Origin: a virus
Lineage: Duplodnaviria > Caudoviricetes
IMG/VR virus record: IMGVR_UViG_3300024259_001623
DNA length: 64,000 bases
Strand: one strand, 5' to 3'
This document shows positions 39,411 to 47,768 of the stretch, piece after piece. The stretch's first letter is position 1; every line of letters starts with the position of its first letter. The translations under genes and the position numbers were made by a program. Below the pieces are notes generated by a model. The model worked only from the letters and a program-made list of their open reading frames with translations. It was not told the DNA's origin and searched no databases.

Positions 39411-39474
39411 TTACAATTCCTTCCAAAGATAATATCTTTACATATCTTTTCGTCACTTTGTCGATATTATAAAC

Positions 39475-39762
39475 ATGAAAAACTCAGTATCTAAAAATAA
39501 TATTGTCCAAGATAAAAAGACTTTCAAAAAGTCTGCCGGCAAATGCAGAATATGCGACAATGACAATTATAGTACTTTATCCGTTCATCGTATAAAGCCA
39601 GGATGCGAAGGTGGCAAATATACTGAAATGAACGTTGTTGTTTGTTGTGAGAACTGCCATAGAAGAATACATAATAAAGAAATAGAAATAGACAGATATT
39701 ATGATTCTACTGGTGGAACTCTTTTACGTATCGTAGAAGACGGTAAAGAAAAATTTGTTTAA
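39475..39762 (+). CDS. minimal HNH endonuclease (95 aa), antisense to the surrounding genes
   Basis: CRIC...VHRIKPGCEGGKYTEMNVVVCCENCHRRIH. Confidence 0.8.
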   Translation: MKNSVSKNNIVQDKKTFKKSAGKCRICDNDNYSTLSVHRIKPGCEGGKYTEMNVVVCCENCHRRIHNKEIEIDRYYDSTGGTLLRIVEDGKEKFV

Positions 39763-40031
39763 CGATTGTTGAATGGATAGCTTTATCGGGATCTTAGTTA
39801 CATGCGTCACCTACTGTCTGGCCAATAGACACATGGAATGGGGCCAACCGGATAAGCCTTCATTCTCTCCTGACCGACAGACGTAGCGGTGTTCTCTTTC
39901 GAGTCTTTATGCTCCCTCTACATCACCCGCATTAGCGATTTCAAGGTCATGTTACAGGCGTGTCTGCCCGCTGCTATCTCACCGCACTTCCTACCAGATA
40001 AACTCTGGCCGTTTTCAACAACCGTTAAACA
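39756..40031 (-). ncRNA. candidate structured non-coding RNA, unclassified (~276 nt)
   Basis: 18-bp closing stem (one G-U on the minus strand), about 50% GC (120 of 240 nt counted at 39781-40020) in an AT-rich genome, internal hairpins incl. CUC-GAAA-GAG, no ORF. Confidence 0.7.
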
Positions 40032-40264
40032 TTATTCTTTTTATCATTATTAAACAAAGACTGTATCAACTTTGGCCCCCACATAACCCCAGTTATAACA
40101 CAAGACAGAAATATAGTAAGTCTCACAGAAAAATTGCTTGTACCAATCCCCATTTCAGACATAATTTTTATCAATGCATCTACACTTTCTTGAAAAGAAA
40201 ACGCAAATACTGCTAACAAAAAACCTATGGCAAAATATATACCCAACAACCATATCCAAATCAT
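40025..40264 (-). CDS. small two-TM membrane protein
   Basis: Two hydrophobic helices; stop codon lies within the ncRNA 5' arm. Confidence 0.65.
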   Translation of the reverse strand: MIWIWLLGIYFAIGFLLAVFAFSFQESVDALIKIMSEMGIGTSNFSVRLTIFLSCVITGVMWGPKLIQSLFNNDKKNNV

Positions 40265-40265
40265 A

Positions 40266-40910
40266 TTAACTTCCTTTCATATCTTTGATTTTTTCTACAA
40301 GTTCATCAATAGTATTATCTACATCTAAGTCTCCATCCAACATTTGATATGCGCTAGGCCATAAAAAAGCCTCTCCACCCCATTCCTTAAAAGCATCAAC
40401 TTTCTTTTTAGAATCATCTATAAGAATAGAATCTTTATTTGCACAAAAATGTTTTGAATGCGTAACTATCATGGCAGGCTTTTCTTCTTGGTAATTATCA
40501 TAAATACATTCCATCTTACCTTTAGCTCCATCAGCAGCTACTTTTGGATGCTTAAAAAGATTACCATTAGAAGTTAAGAAAGATACTTCGCCCAGCTTAT
40601 TCATTGCATTGTATAACTTTTTGTACCAAGGGAACATTGACATATTCTTCCACCAGTCGCTACCGGCTTTTTCTATTGCCTTCCACATATCTTCTTCATT
40701 TGTATGCTTAGTATCTTCTAGCTTAGTACCAGACTTCAATTCATCTCTAAGTTCTTTTTCAGTATCATCTATTCCCAAGAGATCACAAGCAGCTTTCTCC
40801 CAATTGCTAACTACTCCATCCATATCTATAAAAATTCTGATCTTTTTATCTTTTTTCTCAGATAATATAATTTTGTCTGGTGAATTAATACTAATTCGAT
40901 TCTTTTCCAT
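40266..40910 (-). CDS. HAD-family 5'(3')-deoxyribonucleotidase-like protein
   Basis: IFIDMDGVV, FLTS, GK..C, ILIDDS. Confidence 0.85.
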   Translation of the reverse strand: MEKNRISINSPDKIILSEKKDKKIRIFIDMDGVVSNWEKAACDLLGIDDTEKELRDELKSGTKLEDTKHTNEEDMWKAIEKAGSDWWKNMSMFPWYKKLYNAMNKLGEVSFLTSNGNLFKHPKVAADGAKGKMECIYDNYQEEKPAMIVTHSKHFCANKDSILIDDSKKKVDAFKEWGGEAFLWPSAYQMLDGDLDVDNTIDELVEKIKDMKGS

Positions 40911-41178
40911 TTTCAGGTTCCTTTATATCTATAACTTTTGACTTTTCTACAAATTTTGTAGTTCCGCCAAAAATAAACTCTTTGTCTTTTTCGGGTTTTA
41001 ATTGAAATAGTTTTTTAAATTGAGACAATTTAATAGAGATAACTGCTCTATTCGATATAGTATTAGATTCTATAATCCTCATTCCCCACATTGTGGTTAA
41101 TTTCACTACAGTCTCAAAAGATGCATTATATGGCGATTTAAGAATCAATTCTACATATACTTCGGTAGGCTTAGGCAT
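40891..41178 (-). CDS. hypothetical protein
   Basis: Coupled ORF. Confidence 0.6.
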   Translation of the reverse strand: MPKPTEVYVELILKSPYNASFETVVKLTTMWGMRIIESNTISNRAVISIKLSQFKKLFQLKPEKDKEFIFGGTTKFVEKSKVIDIKEPENGKESN

Positions 41179-41204
41179 ATACTTTTTATCTACATTTTGG
41201 TATA

Positions 41205-41396
41205 TTACTTTTTTCTTTTTTTTTCTATTTTCTCTATTAGTAGCAATAACTCTGCCCTTCTCTTTTTACTTATTTTACCAAAACCCAATTCCCATCTCAA
41301 ATCTAATTCTTCTTGAGATATACTGTATGGTCTAGGAGAATCACCCTTCCCCGCTCCAGCATCTTTCTTTTTAATAGGTTTCTTTTTCTTCGCCAT
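41205..41396 (-). CDS. small basic hypothetical protein (GKGDxxRP motif)
   Basis: AGKGDSPRP..S.EE.DLRW..GFGK; GAGG RBS. Confidence 0.6.
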   Translation of the reverse strand: MAKKKKPIKKKDAGAGKGDSPRPYSISQEELDLRWELGFGKISKKRRAELLLLIEKIEKKRKK

Positions 41397-41432
41397 TTTT
41401 AAAACAACCTCTTTATTTTAAATTTATTTTTA

Positions 41433-41466
41433 AAAGGTTTTTACCTCTCAATCATGTAATATTATA
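41433..41466 (+). promoter_or_regulatory. putative phage-sigma promoter (AAAGG-N18-GTAATATTATA)
   Basis: Motif copy on the plus strand upstream of the plus-strand gene 41505. Confidence 0.45.
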
Positions 41467-41504
41467 ACGAAAGTCTTGCACTTTTTGTCTATATGGAGCA
41501 AAAA

Positions 41505-42086
41505 ATGAATTGGTATAAAACAGCAATAGCCGTATTAGGACCAGTAGACCCAATTGTACAACAATATCAAGAATCATATGAAAACGAGCCATACGATGTA
41601 AATATTACAGGTCCAGGCGTTAACCAAATTATTTCCATATCAGGACAAACAATATCAGCGAGAGACTTAATCAATGAAGCCGTTAAAAGAATCAGACCTC
41701 TTTTGATCCAAAACGGTGTTAGAGAAATAGATACAAGTCCTATTGGCCGCTCTGATGCTCAGGGCTTGGCTGTTTCTTCTAAACCAGGCATTGTATTTGT
41801 AGATATTCAAAAAATATTTAACTTACATCGTCAAGCACTTCCTCCCACCGCACAACTTGATGGAACTGAAATTGATCCTGATATTATTAAAGATATAATT
41901 AATAAAATCGTGCAATCTATTTCTGGAGAAATAGGAGAGACAAGCCTACATGAGAGCCAACATATGCATGATTACATGTCTGCTATTCAAGAAGGACAGC
42001 CTTTTAGCTCAGTTCAAGAAACTCCAGCACAACAGTTCGGGCAACAAATGCGTAGCCGATATTTTCCTGAAAGTTTTAATCAATAA
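41505..42086 (+). CDS. MNWYK-tagged protein with HExxH zincin-like motif
   Basis: Start MNWYKTA (GGAG RBS at 41495-98); SLHESQHMHD. Confidence 0.7.
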   Translation: MNWYKTAIAVLGPVDPIVQQYQESYENEPYDVNITGPGVNQIISISGQTISARDLINEAVKRIRPLLIQNGVREIDTSPIGRSDAQGLAVSSKPGIVFVDIQKIFNLHRQALPPTAQLDGTEIDPDIIKDIINKIVQSISGEIGETSLHESQHMHDYMSAIQEGQPFSSVQETPAQQFGQQMRSRYFPESFNQ

Positions 42087-43083
42087 AATTATTAATATTA
42101 AAATTTTCGACATTTTCTTTGTTAATATTTTTTTCAAAACCATTGTCTTTAAGAAAATCTAATATAAATGTCAAAAAGTTTTTAAGTTTTAAAAACTCAT
42201 CAGGATATAAAAGTTTAATTCCTTTTGATGAAGTTACTTTCTTTTTAATAACATCATGCTCTTGCCGTTTTAAGAATTGTTCTCTATTCTCATGGAATCT
42301 ACCTGGTATAAACTTAAAATGTTGTCTACCTTGGTACTCAAATCCTAATTTTAATTCATCATTATAGCCATCTATTTCTAGTCTATTCCCTTTTTTATTT
42401 TTTAACCATTCAGGCTTAACTTTATTAAATTTGTAACCTGTTATATATTCTAGAATTTTTCTAAATATTCTTTCTCCTTTAGATCCTAAACATGTTGGAC
42501 ACCAGTGATTCCTTTTTATGTCATGTGCGTTAATTGTCCATTGATGCCCTTTACGACATTGTACAACAAATTTAGAATAAGCATTTTTATAATCTCCAGA
42601 TACTAATATACCTTTTCTCATCTTTATAATTTTTTTTATATTTTCTATATTTCCAACATGATATTGACCTGCTACATAAGTGTTATGACAAACACGACAC
42701 CATGTTCCGCGTCTAATATGACTAAAATTAGCCTTCCAAACATGACCTTTATCACATTTCCAAATCATAAGTTCTAATGAATTTTTATATCCACTAGATA
42801 AACATTCGCCTCCCCTTTCAATAGCTGCTATCCTAGCATCTTCTAAGGTTAAGCGCTTTCTTATTCCCTCTAAACGTACTTTTTCTTTTGAACACACAGG
42901 ACACCAATGTCCTCTCTGAATTACATCTGGTACTGCGTTCCATTTATGCCCTTCTGCACATTCCCATTCGAGATGGGTCTTAGCGTTGATATATTTTTCA
43001 GAAACACATTTGCCATTTTTAAAATTAGCCAACTTATTCATATCGTATATAGTTTTTCTTTTCATAAAAAGTTCTCCGAACAA
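42076..43083 (-). CDS. homing endonuclease: three zinc-ribbon repeats + Vsr/PD-(D/E)xK-like nuclease
   Basis: Three CxxGHxW...WCxxC repeats; LEIDGYNDELKLGFEYQGRQH. Confidence 0.8.
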   Translation of the reverse strand: MFGELFMKRKTIYDMNKLANFKNGKCVSEKYINAKTHLEWECAEGHKWNAVPDVIQRGHWCPVCSKEKVRLEGIRKRLTLEDARIAAIERGGECLSSGYKNSLELMIWKCDKGHVWKANFSHIRRGTWCRVCHNTYVAGQYHVGNIENIKKIIKMRKGILVSGDYKNAYSKFVVQCRKGHQWTINAHDIKRNHWCPTCLGSKGERIFRKILEYITGYKFNKVKPEWLKNKKGNRLEIDGYNDELKLGFEYQGRQHFKFIPGRFHENREQFLKRQEHDVIKKKVTSSKGIKLLYPDEFLKLKNFLTFILDFLKDNGFEKNINKENVENFNINNFID

Positions 43084-43099
43084 AGATCAAACCATGTAG

Positions 43100-43131
43100 A
43101 TATATTTCTCATATTCATACAAAAATCCTTT
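43100..43131 (-). promoter_or_regulatory. putative phage-sigma promoter (AAAGG-N18-GAAATATAT)
   Basis: Motif copy upstream of the endonuclease 42076..43083. Confidence 0.55.
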
Positions 43132-43245
43132 TAAAAATAAAAATCGACCACAACGGTCCAGGATCATTGCAATTAATAAAGAAGGGGGAATATCATATTT
43201 TATAGATAAATCGCTCTAATTACCGACAGCGGACGATGTATGCTA

Positions 43246-43893
43246 TCAGAAATGCCTAAAGTAGCCTTGTTCCTTAGTGACATCTTTTTTAGACATGAAA
43301 TCTTTAATTTGAGCAAAAGATACTGGTCTATAGTCCCAACTATCCACTCCAACATCACATGATAAAGTTCCTGGTAAACTATGTAATCCATCATGTGTGT
43401 GTCCGAATAAATGAAATTGGGAGTGATGTGAACGATCCCAAACCATCATAGCAAAATGATTTAATGTAATAGCATACTTTGTTCCATTATCATTAATTCT
43501 TAAAATATACTGATCATAGCATTTTTCAAATACGCTATAACTAATATGTCTATCATCATGGTTTCCCATAATAAAAATAATTTGACAATGGATTCTATAT
43601 CTATATTCCGCCCACGCATCTTTATCACGAGAAAAACAAAAGTCTCCCAAAATGCACAAGGTATCGTCGGGAGATACACATTTATTGATATTATCAATAA
43701 TAGTATCATCCTGTAACTTCACGGTTTCAGGGCTGATACGAATATTCCTTATTGCCTGTTCTCTAGCCTCTTTATGTTCAATCTTCTTTGCATTTTCAAA
43801 AAGAGTTTTTTCTTGTTCGTTCATAAATGGTCTGTTGCAGTGCTTGATAATATTGCCATGACCAAAATGTGTGTCAGCAGTAAACCAATACAT
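43246..43893 (-). CDS. calcineurin-like metallophosphoesterase
   Basis: FTADTHFGH, ILGDF, MGNHD, LNHF, LFGHTH, DVGVD. Confidence 0.9.
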   Translation of the reverse strand: MYWFTADTHFGHGNIIKHCNRPFMNEQEKTLFENAKKIEHKEAREQAIRNIRISPETVKLQDDTIIDNINKCVSPDDTLCILGDFCFSRDKDAWAEYRYRIHCQIIFIMGNHDDRHISYSVFEKCYDQYILRINDNGTKYAITLNHFAMMVWDRSHHSQFHLFGHTHDGLHSLPGTLSCDVGVDSWDYRPVSFAQIKDFMSKKDVTKEQGYFRHF

Positions 43894-43895
43894 AT

Positions 43896-44261
43896 TTATT
43901 CTTCCCTTTCGCTTAATTCTCTAAAATAGTTCGTATAACTCTTATGTGGAGTTTGTTCTGGATCGTTTGCCAAAACGAATTTAATATTATAAAGGATGGC
44001 AAAGGCATATGCCATACCAAAATCAAAATGACTTCCCTTACTATCTGGGTCCCACCAAGCATGAACTTCATCAGTCAATTCCATAGCATCTCTATGAGCT
44101 TGACAAATTTCATCAGCAGTTCCACTTTGATCTACATCTCTAGGAGGATAATGAACACAATAATCCCCCTTCTCAAGATTATCTACATATTCATCCATCT
44201 GCTTCTTAACATCTTCGCTGCAACCTCTAACCGGACAGATCAAATAAACCTGCTTAATCAT
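43896..44261 (-). CDS. nucleoside 2-deoxyribosyltransferase-like protein
   Basis: VYLICPVRG, VHYPPRD, SKGSHFDFGMAYA. Confidence 0.7.
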   Translation of the reverse strand: MIKQVYLICPVRGCSEDVKKQMDEYVDNLEKGDYCVHYPPRDVDQSGTADEICQAHRDAMELTDEVHAWWDPDSKGSHFDFGMAYAFAILYNIKFVLANDPEQTPHKSYTNYFRELSEREE

Positions 44262-44310
44262 TTTCTTCTTCCTTTTGAAATTATATGTCTTTTGCGTCGG
44301 CGGTGCAATA

Positions 44311-44406
44311 TTAATTCTTAACTCTGGCCCGTTTTCTATTTCTTCTTTTATTGGACCCGATTTTTCTTCTTCTTCTACTCTTTTTATGTATACCTTTTCG
44401 TGACAA
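44311..44406 (-). CDS. 31-aa Arg/Lys-rich peptide (below the ORF-track cutoff)
   Basis: AAGGAG RBS, TTG start; MSRKGIHKKSRRRRKIGSNKRRNRKRARVKN*; fills the intergenic gap. Confidence 0.65.
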   Translation of the reverse strand: MSRKGIHKKSRRRRKIGSNKRRNRKRARVKN

Positions 44407-44430
44407 AATTATTCTCCTTTTCTAGATATA

Positions 44431-44859
44431 TTATTCATCGGCAGAAACAATGTCATATTCGTATTCATCGGTGCCGGTCCAATAAATACCTAGAGAACTA
44501 TTTTCCAGAATATTTCTTGTTATTTTAGTTCCATCAGGAAAATGTTTCTTCTCTAATGCGGATACATCAACAACTTTAGGCGAGTCTCCAGAAAAAGAAG
44601 CTATCTGTGTAGTGCTACCGTCATTATTTTCTACAGATACTATCGAAACAGTCTCAGATACTCTAACTTCTCTATGACACGATGACTGGTATAACCAGAC
44701 AGGAACTCCTATCATATAAATAGCTCCCAATAGGCCAATCAACCATGCTTTATACGTTTTATTATCATCTGTATAACGATCAAAACACGACTCTAGACCA
44801 AAAAGTGTTGCAAAAAAACATACGATCAACGACAATATTAAAACTATTTCAGGTATCAT
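44431..44859 (-). CDS. two-TM membrane protein (paralog of 44856..45293)
   Basis: Shared MIP..., IGxPxWL, DGS.TQ..SFS, K..PxG, SxLGI.W. Confidence 0.7.
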   Translation of the reverse strand: MIPEIVLILSLIVCFFATLFGLESCFDRYTDDNKTYKAWLIGLLGAIYMIGVPVWLYQSSCHREVRVSETVSIVSVENNDGSTTQIASFSGDSPKVVDVSALEKKHFPDGTKITRNILENSSLGIYWTGTDEYEYDIVSADE

Positions 44860-45293
44860 TTTTTCTCCTCATTATTTACAATAATTGTATATATATGATC
44901 AGTCTTATTGGCGTGAGAACTCCAACTTATTCCCAGATTACTCTCTTCAAAAGTTCCTCTCTTAACCGAACTTCCTTCTGGCAAAACTTTTCCGACCTCT
45001 TTTGACACATTATAAATCTCAGAATCAGAAAAAGAAACGACTTGCGTAATGCTTCCATCTGGACTGGTTATAGATTCAACTAGAGCGATTTCTTCTTTTA
45101 CTATTGCTCTACTATAATATGAACTACATAGCCATATAGGTGATCCAATAGCCATAATCAAACACAATGATCCACAAATTACGAATCTTTTGATCGCAAA
45201 AGGTCCATAATCACTAAAAGATGACAATGCTGCTATAAACAACCCTATACTCCCGAAAACAGCCAACATGATTAAAATAAGACTAGGTATCAT
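44856..45293 (-). CDS. two-TM membrane protein (paralog of 44431..44859)
   Basis: Same shared motifs. Confidence 0.7.
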   Translation of the reverse strand: MIPSLILIMLAVFGSIGLFIAALSSFSDYGPFAIKRFVICGSLCLIMAIGSPIWLCSSYYSRAIVKEEIALVESITSPDGSITQVVSFSDSEIYNVSKEVGKVLPEGSSVKRGTFEESNLGISWSSHANKTDHIYTIIVNNEEKK

Positions 45294-45313
45294 TTTTCTC
45301 TCCTTAAAAGATT

Positions 45314-45350
45314 ATGCCTACTCCGCTATCATAAGTAACGGAGTAGGCAT
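45314..45350 (-). terminator. intrinsic terminator-like hairpin
   Basis: Perfect 12-bp stem ATGCCTACTCCG/CGGAGTAGGCAT after the SPFH gene. Confidence 0.7.
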
Positions 45351-45369
45351 CAACCTTATTTACAATACT

Positions 45370-46527
45370 TTACTCAACCTCTGGCATCTGCATCAACATC
45401 GAAGGAGCATCCGCGCCGCCCATAACGATCTTAGGCATAACTCCATCCCATTTCGACCAACGAGCTTTCTCAACTTCGATTTGCTGCATCTTCAAGAAAA
45501 TCGGGTTCTTAGCAGCCTTTTCAGCGACCTCAAGCAACTTTGCTTTACCATCAGCTTCGGCAGTAGCGATAGACAACTTAGCATCAGCCTCTCCCTCAGC
45601 TTCCTTCCTAATAGCATCTCTCTTAGCATCTGCTGCCAAAACGATTCTGTTGTTTTCGTCTTGCTGGGCGTCAAACAGATTTCTATTGATAACCTTCTGC
45701 TGTTCAGCCTTGAAGACCTCATTCAACTTCGCCTGGATATCTTTATCTCCATACTTAAAACCGCCGGACATGCCGCAAGTAGTAATGGTAATTCCGCTTT
45801 CAGAAAAATGATCAACGATATCTGCTTTTACTGCAAGAATAATCGCCAGTTTCTTAGGTCCGCTAAGAATCTTAGTTCCTTCTTCATTCAAAACTACACC
45901 TTCGGCCTTAGTTCTTTTGATAACCTTCTTGCCATTTTCATCTACAGTTTCTACTTCAAGATCTTTTCCTCTAAGCAAATCATTCAATGTATACTTAGCT
46001 GCGATTGTGCTAAAAATAGATTGAATTCTCGATCTAACTTCGGAATCCATTACATCTGCCAGACTGCTACTAGGATACTTGTATAGAAACTTAGCCGCAT
46101 TCTCTTCTTCAATCTTAGCCGTAACAGAGAAGCCTGTGGAGAACTCAATACTATCAGCAGATTCAGCCCATAATCCCTCGTTCTTACCGCTTGTTCCTCT
46201 ATCTGCATCAGCAACCCATTCTCGGCTTACAGGAGTTCTATCGACCTTGTATACTTGAACAGCCTCTCGCCATTCACCAGAATACCACATACGCCCTGTA
46301 TCATAGAAGAACTGAGGAATCTTAATACGCTTACCAGCGACTTGCAACTTCTTTAGAGCCTCTTCTGAATCGAATTTAACCGATTCGGAATCGCCATCCA
46401 TCTTGACAACGAAAGCTGTCTCGTTAGCCGCTACATCAACGTACTTATCTTCTTTGAAATCCTTACAACCGCCCAAAACTGCTACAGATACTACGACCAC
46501 AAATAACATCATCTTCCAACGTTTCAT
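45370..46527 (-). CDS. SPFH/band-7 domain membrane protein (lipoprotein-like signal)
   Basis: Hydrophobic N-terminus ending VLGGC; VDRTPVSREW, ESADSIEFSTGFSVTA, EAEGEADA coiled coil, KWDGVMP. Confidence 0.8.
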   Translation of the reverse strand: MKRWKMMLFVVVVSVAVLGGCKDFKEDKYVDVAANETAFVVKMDGDSESVKFDSEEALKKLQVAGKRIKIPQFFYDTGRMWYSGEWREAVQVYKVDRTPVSREWVADADRGTSGKNEGLWAESADSIEFSTGFSVTAKIEEENAAKFLYKYPSSSLADVMDSEVRSRIQSIFSTIAAKYTLNDLLRGKDLEVETVDENGKKVIKRTKAEGVVLNEEGTKILSGPKKLAIILAVKADIVDHFSESGITITTCGMSGGFKYGDKDIQAKLNEVFKAEQQKVINRNLFDAQQDENNRIVLAADAKRDAIRKEAEGEADAKLSIATAEADGKAKLLEVAEKAAKNPIFLKMQQIEVEKARWSKWDGVMPKIVMGGADAPSMLMQMPEVE

Positions 46528-46553
46528 ACTTCTCTCCTTAATTAAAGTATTTT

Positions 46554-46871
46554 TTATTCAGGTTCGCATGTTGACTTAACATACTTTTTTACATGTTTGT
46601 TCCAAACGTATTGCTTGAACGTCTTTTTCCAAAACGCCACAGTAACAAGAATCAGAACAATAACTCCAACAACATCCACAATTGTTTGGTTATTGAGGAA
46701 ACTTTCTTCTGCTTCGTATTTGACTAAATCTTCATCAGTCCCATTGACCGTTTTTAGTGCGTTATCTACATTATGTATTTTCTTTGAGGCGTCGATTTGA
46801 CCGCCTATATACAGGTATCCAGATATGATGATGGATACGGTCAAAACATACAGTAAAATCCTATTAATCAT
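46554..46871 (-). CDS. two-TM membrane protein upstream of SPFH
   Basis: Two hydrophobic helices. Confidence 0.65.
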   Translation of the reverse strand: MINRILLYVLTVSIIISGYLYIGGQIDASKKIHNVDNALKTVNGTDEDLVKYEAEESFLNNQTIVDVVGVIVLILVTVAFWKKTFKQYVWNKHVKKYVKSTCEPE

Positions 46872-47095
46872 TTTATCTCCTTATCAAATGCCATTGTTAC
46901 TCTTATTTGGGTCATGTGTTCTAAAATATCACTGCACGAATCAAATATATTACCCAATAAATTATCATTTAATACTTGTATCGCTTCCGTGAAGTTTTTA
47001 GCATTATTGACAATATAAACATTATCATGTCTATTGTCAAAAAAAACGAATTGTCGTTTTCCTACGGTTGATTCATCGTTGACAATTTGTATCAT
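46868..47095 (-). CDS. hypothetical protein
   Basis: First gene after the sigma-70 promoter. Confidence 0.6.
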   Translation of the reverse strand: MIQIVNDESTVGKRQFVFFDNRHDNVYIVNNAKNFTEAIQVLNDNLLGNIFDSCSDILEHMTQIRVTMAFDKEIK

Positions 47096-47125
47096 CTTTG
47101 CTCCATCTCATGTGATTTCTGATAA

Positions 47126-47154
47126 ATTATACAGGGAGAAATAGGGAAATGCAA
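47126..47154 (-). promoter_or_regulatory. host sigma-70-type promoter TTGCAT-N17-TATAAT
   Basis: Upstream of the SPFH operon. Confidence 0.6.
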
Positions 47155-47189
47155 TTTACTTTTTTAAAATTATTTTCGCATTTTAAAAA

Positions 47190-47756
47190 TTATAAATCGG
47201 ATGTAGCTAAATACCAATTTGTATCTACTCTAACAGCATCTAAGGATATTCCTCCTAAATCAAAATATCCTACTTCATCTATATCATTTAAAGTATAAGC
47301 GCTGTCTACCATAAGCAACTCATTATCAGAATTGATAGCCAAAGGAATACCAGATACATTTGTACCTGTACTCGCCTCTCCGCTATCATCTAGTAATGCT
47401 GGAGAGTCATTAGACGAAGATGTGTTCTCACTTATGACAAAAATATTTCTTGTCATACCAGAATTTTCATATATGAAAAAATTTGAACCAAACCAAACAT
47501 ATAATTGATTTACGCTACTAACTGATGGAACCGTAAAACCAGATAATCTTACAACCATTAGGGAGAATTGTCCATTAGACATCCTAGCTAATGTTAAAGG
47601 AACACCGCCCAGGAATAATTTCTCTGTTCTGGTTATATCTATTTCGGTATCTACTGCTGGATCAGCAAATACTACTCTAACGGCATGTTTACCATTGTCA
47701 TCATCTACATAAGATGATAACATTTGGGTTCCTAAGAAAATATCTTCTATCGCCAC
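47190..47756 (-). CDS. hypothetical protein, possibly virion-associated
   Basis: Beta-rich composition; two LGGxxL..R segments; in the fibre operon. Confidence 0.6.
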   Translation of the reverse strand: MAIEDIFLGTQMLSSYVDDDNGKHAVRVVFADPAVDTEIDITRTEKLFLGGVPLTLARMSNGQFSLMVVRLSGFTVPSVSSVNQLYVWFGSNFFIYENSGMTRNIFVISENTSSSNDSPALLDDSGEASTGTNVSGIPLAINSDNELLMVDSAYTLNDIDEVGYFDLGGISLDAVRVDTNWYLATSDL

Positions 47757-47768
47757 AAAAAATCTCCG

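Noticed and set aside
39756-40031. Identification of the structured element as RNase P, SRP, tmRNA or a group I intron
   Set aside because: Only partial look-alikes (TAGGAAGTGCGG, AGAATGAAGGCTTATC, GGCCAGACAGT, GTCAGG). The P4 pairing of RNase P, the SRP AGCAG loop, tmRNA tRNA-like ends and group I P7 elements could not be assembled, so it is left unclassified.
43132-43245. Slightly GC-richer gap upstream of the 42076..43083 endonuclease as an ncRNA
   Set aside because: Only a 4-bp hairpin (GACC/GGTC) and no consistent fold; insufficient support.
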